Source of the DNA: Phyllosticta citribraziliensis
Lineage: Eukaryota
Length of the DNA stretch: 64,000 nucleotides
Direction of reading: 5' to 3'
NCBI RefSeq assembly: GCF_038025025.1
Contig: NW_027117340.1
Location: forward strand, 1,674,001-1,738,000
In this document: piece by piece, positions 59,090 through 64,000 of the stretch
Layout of the letters: each line of letters begins with the position of its first letter
How positions within the stretch are numbered: position 1 is the stretch's first letter
Notes under the pieces: model-generated
Databases searched by the model: none
Seen by the model: only the letters and a program-made list of their open reading frames with translations
What the model was told of the DNA's origin: nothing
Translations under genes and position numbers: made by a program

Positions 59090-59837
59090 TTATTTCTTCT
59101 TCTTACCCCGACTCTTTGGCCTCTGCTGCTGTTGCTGCGGCGCACCAGTAGTTGCTGGTCCTCCACCCTCGACAAGCACTGCGTCGTCATCGCTGTTCTT
59201 TGTCTGGGCTCCGTCCAGCTCCTTCATAAAGTCGGCCTGGATAGTTGCCCGCTTCTTCTCCCACCATGCCTTTTCTGTGGACGCTTGCGCTTGGATTTCG
59301 GCGACGCGCTGCTGGAGGAGCTGGTTCTGGGCGATTTCTGACGCACTCTGGAAGATGGTTTGGCCCCAGCCAGGGGAAAAGGCGTTGGCCTGGGATAGCA
59401 TTGTCAGCGGTCCTTCTTGAAAAAGACAAAGGATGAGTTCCATTTACCTCCTGAACCACGTCACGCAGCTCGGCTTCAATCTCTTTTTCGGCGCGCTGAA
59501 AGCGCTGCCACAAGTCGTCGCCGACGCTGCCCCTCTGCAGCAGCGACTGAAGGGCCTGCTTGGAGTTGCGAACCTCGACCAGGCGGTGAATGTCTTCAAC
59601 GGCGCGGCGCATCAGCGCGGCCTTGAGCACGCTGTCAGGAACCTTGGGACCTTCGGCTGGCTCCATGTGGAGCAAGGACAGGTAAATGTTACGTCCAAGA
59701 TGCGGGCCGAACCATGGTGCCAGAGACGCAGCTTTGCTGGCCTTCCGAGCGCGGTAGAGATGCGAAAAGGTGGCTAGTGATCCTATGAGGACGCCTAGGT
59801 AGGCAAAGGGAACGACGAGCGAGACCCAGTCGACCAT
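59090..59837 (-). CDS. SEC66: Sec62/63 complex subunit Sec66 (Sec71)
   Basis: PFAYLGVLIGSLATFSHLYR, LKAALMRRA, GSVGDDLW; intron 59390-59447 restores QE-ANAFSPGWGQTIFQSA. Confidence 0.9.
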
Positions 59838-60327
59838 GGTGGCAGCGGTAAAAAGTGTCGATTGTGAAATCCGGCGCGGACTGGGCGAGGTGTTTGCGAT
59901 TCGAGACCTAGACTATCATTGGAAAGGAGAGGTTTGTCGGGAGGTAACGGGCTTTGTGCTCGCAGCTGGATTCTGCCAGGTGGTGAGTGTCAAAGAGAGT
60001 CGAGGCCTTGTCCTGCAGCTCCAGACGCAGCGGCAACGTGCCAGGTGTCGACCGCGGCCGCCGGGCTTGGCGTCAACTGGAACGGATCCCGCCGCCGGCG
60101 CTTGGGCCATCCCGGGCGCCGACTTGACGTAGGCTACCTTACGCCTGGCCGCGTTCAACCACCACCACGACGGAGCTTGACTGCAGCTTCGAGCATCTTC
60201 AACACCTTTTGCCCTTGCTACTCCACCACCTCGGCGCCATCCACTCACCTCAACACCCTCCTATTTACCACTCCCGTTCTCCCCTCACGCCCATCGCTCG
60301 CCATCTCCTCTCACTCGCTTCACGACC

Positions 60328-62353
60328 ATGATAATCCGGTTCGAAAGTCGCTTCGGGCGTTTCCGCCTCACCGTCGAAGCTCAAGATGACTTTTCCTCCA
60401 TCACGTCGCAAATCATCGAGAAACTTCCATCAGGCATAGACCCAGCATCCATCACCGTGGCCCTGAAGACTGCACGCTCAGAAACCCAACCGCTGAGCGC
60501 CCTCCACGGTCACACGTTTGAGCAACTCGGAGTCAGGTAAGGCTAGTGATACACCCGAGTAACATTTTTAACCACCGATATAGGCATGGCTCGGAACTCG
60601 TACTCGACTGTCGGGAGCCAACCGCAACGAATGGAGCTGCCGCGAGCTCCTCGACGGCCCAGCGCCTCAACGGCAAAGCCATTTCTGCATCAGATGTCCC
60701 GTCCGTCCCCATCGGCGGTGCCACCAAGCTGATCAAGAATCCATGGGAGGTTGTCACACAATCGCCCCTCGACAACCGGTTAGACAAACAGGATGGCAAG
60801 ATCTCGAGGCCCAAGGACCAAAAGATGTGCAGACACGGACCAAAGGGCATGTGCGACTACTGCATGCCCCTCGAGCCATACGACTCGAATTACCTCAAGG
60901 AAAAGAAGATCAAGCACATGTCGTTCCACGCGTACCTCCGCAAGGTCAACGCCGGCAAGAACAAGCCCGAGTCCGGAAGCTCGTACATGCCTCCGCTCAG
61001 TGAGCCTTACTACCGTGTGCGACCCGACTGCCCATCTGGACACGCGCCATGGCCCGAGGGAATCTGCACCAAGTGCCAGCCGAGCGCTATTTCACTGCAA
61101 CCGCAAGAGTATCGCATGGTGGACCACGTCGAGTTTGCTTCTCCCGACCTCATCAACGGCCTGCTAGACTTTTGGAGATCTTCGGGGCACCAACGCCTAG
61201 GTTTCCTATACGGACGCTACGAAGAGTATTCGGAGATTCCCTTGGGCACCAAGGCCGTGGTAGAAGCGATATACGAACCTCCGCAGGTGGATGAAGTGGA
61301 TGGCATATCATTGCAAGAATGGGAGAATGAAAAAGAGGTGGATGAGGTGGCCCGACAGTGTGGCCTGGAGCGAATCGGCGTCATCTACACGGACCTCTTG
61401 GATGCTGGCGCAGGCGATGGCTCCGTCATTTGCAAGCGTCACGCAGACTCATACTACCTCTCGTCTCTCGAGGTCGTCTTTGCTGCAAGATATCAGGCTC
61501 AATTCCCCAGATACACAAAGTGGAGTGAGACGGGGCGCTTCGGATCCAACTTTGTCACATGCGTCGTTAGCGGCGATGAAGAGGGCCAGATTGCCATTTC
61601 ATCGTACCAAGCGTCCACCACCGCTGTGGAGATGGTCAGGGCCGACATTATCGAGCCGTCGGCGGATCCAACAGTCATGCTGGTCCAGAGTGAAGAAGAG
61701 GAGAGCACGCTCGGCCGCTCTCGCTACATCCCCGAAGTTTTTTACCGGCGGGTCAACGAATACGGTGCTAATGTGCAGGAGAATGCAAAGCCCGCCTTCC
61801 CTGTTGATTATCTCCTCACGACCCTCACGCACGGCTTCCCGACAAACCCGAGTCCCAAGTTTGCGCTGGCTGGCTTCCCCATCGAGAACCGACAAGCACT
61901 GGGTGTTGAGCAGACGATAACTGCTCTTGCAAAGCAATTGGGTGCAAAGACACGTGGTGCAGATTTGAGTTCACCAAGCGGCGTTGGCATAGTTGCCGAC
62001 TTTCACTTGCTTACCTTTGTCCATGGCCTCGGAGTACTGAGCAAGGCAAGTTGTGCGATCCATCATTGTGGTTTTTGCTTACCTTTTTGCAGGAAGAGGA
62101 AGAGTTGCTGTGTCGCATCGCAGTCGACCACAACACGGCGGACGGCTCGCAACTGCAGCACACTCCAGGCTGGGCGACGCTTTTGACGATTCTCAGAGAA
62201 GCCGGTGAGCAACCACAATTCCGCAAAAAACGCACCTTTGATGCCTCCTTTCCCGGCGGCGCCTCGTCCGACAAGACGAACGGCAAAGTCGGATCTTCGT
62301 CTTCAGAAAGCGAAAAACTTGCTAAGCGCGTCAAATCCGTTAGCTTGAAGTGA
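60328..62353 (+). CDS. NPL4: Npl4, Cdc48/p97-Ufd1 cofactor
   Basis: [13 protein letters not shown]; zinc-finger motifs [12 protein letters not shown] and [29 protein letters not shown]. Introns 60537-60583 (GT-AG) and 62046-62092 (GC-AG). Confidence 0.94.
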
Positions 62354-62996
62354 TGTTGCTTGACTCCATCGGCTTCGTGCGTCTCTAGATCTTCGCCATT
62401 ATCCACCACACGACATCGGCGCCGAAGTTTGGGCTTTATCAGAGAGGGAGAGAGAGAGGTTTGGTGTTAGGGTCAGGTTGCAAATGGGAGGTATGAGGGG
62501 CATGGCTATTTCGGAGAACGATGTGGTAGCATCAGTGATGGTGGACAACTAGCTGGAATAAAGACGAAATGCCCGGTGAGCAAACCTCTTTTGCCATTGA
62601 ACCGTCCAACCAGCGACTTGCAGACGGCCTTTTCCCTGCAACGATGACCTCGCTTGCAGCAAACGACGTCGAGGCGATGAGCCCCGCGATGGATGGATGG
62701 TAAGATCCGGCCGCCTACTTGGTGTCCAATCATGGCGAAACGTGCCTGAGTGATCCCTGTGCACATCTTCCTCTTGGACAGCCACCCGGTACCTTCTCCA
62801 CCTGCCCGACCTGACGAACCTGACGAACCTGTGCCGCGATCCGGCGCGAGTTCCTGCATTGGCTCGTCTCCGGCTAATGGCGTAGTCACATTGACGGGAA
62901 CGAGTAGAGATATAAGGGTAGCCATGGCCGCCGGCCGCGTAAGTACTGATGCAAGCAAGCAAGCCAGTCCAAAGTTTAGATCTTTCGCCGGCCGCC

Positions 62997-64000
62997 ATGA
63001 GGACCACGACGACGCTTGTCGCCATTGTCGCGGCACGAGGTGCTGCCGCTTCGTTCGACGTGCTGCAACACCTTGGCGGCAACGGGCAGTGGTTTGAGGG
63101 TACGTTTATCTTCATCCTTCGTGTTATCTTGCCTTTGCCTCCTTGTCTCCTTGAATGATTCGATGTCTTTCTGTTACCATTTTGACGGCCAAAGCAGGCC
63201 CGAATGTGTTTGGCATTGATGATGCGCCGCCGGTGGGGTGCGAGGTCGACATGGCGGCGTTTGCCTCGCGCCATGGCAGTCGGTATCCGGATAAGGGGGC
63301 GTATGCTGAGTGGACTGCATTGGCGAAGAAGGTGCGTTAGTTCATTTCGTTGGGAGTCTGGGTGGGATAAGGATGAGAGATGTGAGGGAAAGCAACCAAA
63401 GGCAAAGAGATTTGACATTATTTTCCAAAACCCGGGGGAAGGGAGATATATGGGGAGCATTCAATCTCCCACACCAGCCAGAAGGCAACCAAAACCTTAG
63501 ACTGACAGATATATCCAGATCCAAGAGGCGAAATTCTCCACTGTGGCCCCTGAGCTACAATTCCTGTCAACCTGGAAGCCTGTCCTCACAAACCCAACGC
63601 TGCAAATCGCCAACCTCTCAGCAACAGGGTACGCCGAACTGGCGGCCATGGGCCAGCACTACCGAGCGCGCTACCCTGACCTATTCCCCTCCAACGACGA
63701 CTCGTTTACCCTGTGGTCCAACCTGTATGCATCATCGCCGCGCGTGCTCGACTCGGCCAAGCTCTTCACGCGGTCCTATCTTTCCAACACGACCGTCGAC
63801 GGCACGATCATAGTGCTCAACGCGACGGCGCCAGAAGCCGTGCCTGGCGGCGACTCGCTCTCGCCGTCGGACGCGTGTCCAGCATTCGACGACAACGGCG
63901 GCGGCGCGGCGCTCGACGAGTGGGAAGCCGTGTACCTGCCGCCGATAGTGGCGCGCATCAACGCGCTCCTCTCATCCGCCTCTTCTTCCTCCCCATCGTT
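62997..64000 (+). CDS. Secreted histidine acid phosphatase/3-phytase family protein (3'-truncated by the window edge)
   Basis: Signal peptide and HLGGNGQWF; catalytic RHGSRYP; introns 63100-63197 and 63332-63518; frame stays open to the window end. Confidence 0.88.

Noticed and set aside
1..64000. Transposons, CRISPR arrays, rRNA, or secondary-metabolite backbone genes (PKS/NRPS) near laeA
   Set aside because: No transposase or RT motifs, no repeat-spacer arrays, no rRNA-like sequence and no synthase domains were seen.

Overview
Gene-dense stretch of a filamentous ascomycete (Pezizomycotina) genome. The form of LaeA suggests Dothideomycetes, which is an inference. I reconstructed about 25 protein-coding loci by hand, most with 44-60 nt spliceosomal introns. 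From left to right: a HET-like gene tail; a Tfb6-like gene; a large hypothetical protein; a divergent L-rhamnonate dehydratase/RhaR pair; a 6.5 kb microsatellite-rich gap ending in laeA; a short/branched-chain acyl-CoA dehydrogenase; a 4 kb ORF-less convergent gap; a LaeA-like methyltransferase; a disrupted F-box-like gene; a fasciclin; a tightly packed putative catabolic cluster (CocE/NonD hydrolase, CYP504 P450, two head-to-head Zn2Cys6 factors, amidohydrolase); a conserved protein of unknown function; an Egh16/DUF3129 secreted protein; and housekeeping genes (KRE33, RFC2, DUF3844, SEC66, NPL4) followed by a partial histidine acid phosphatase. I found no tRNA, rRNA, CRISPR array or intact transposon. 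The best leads are the five-gene catabolic cluster, long introns whose proximal poison acceptor is covered by long-range base pairing (rhaR and the acyl-CoA dehydrogenase), and uORFs in the laeA leader. All family assignments come from recalled motifs, not database searches.
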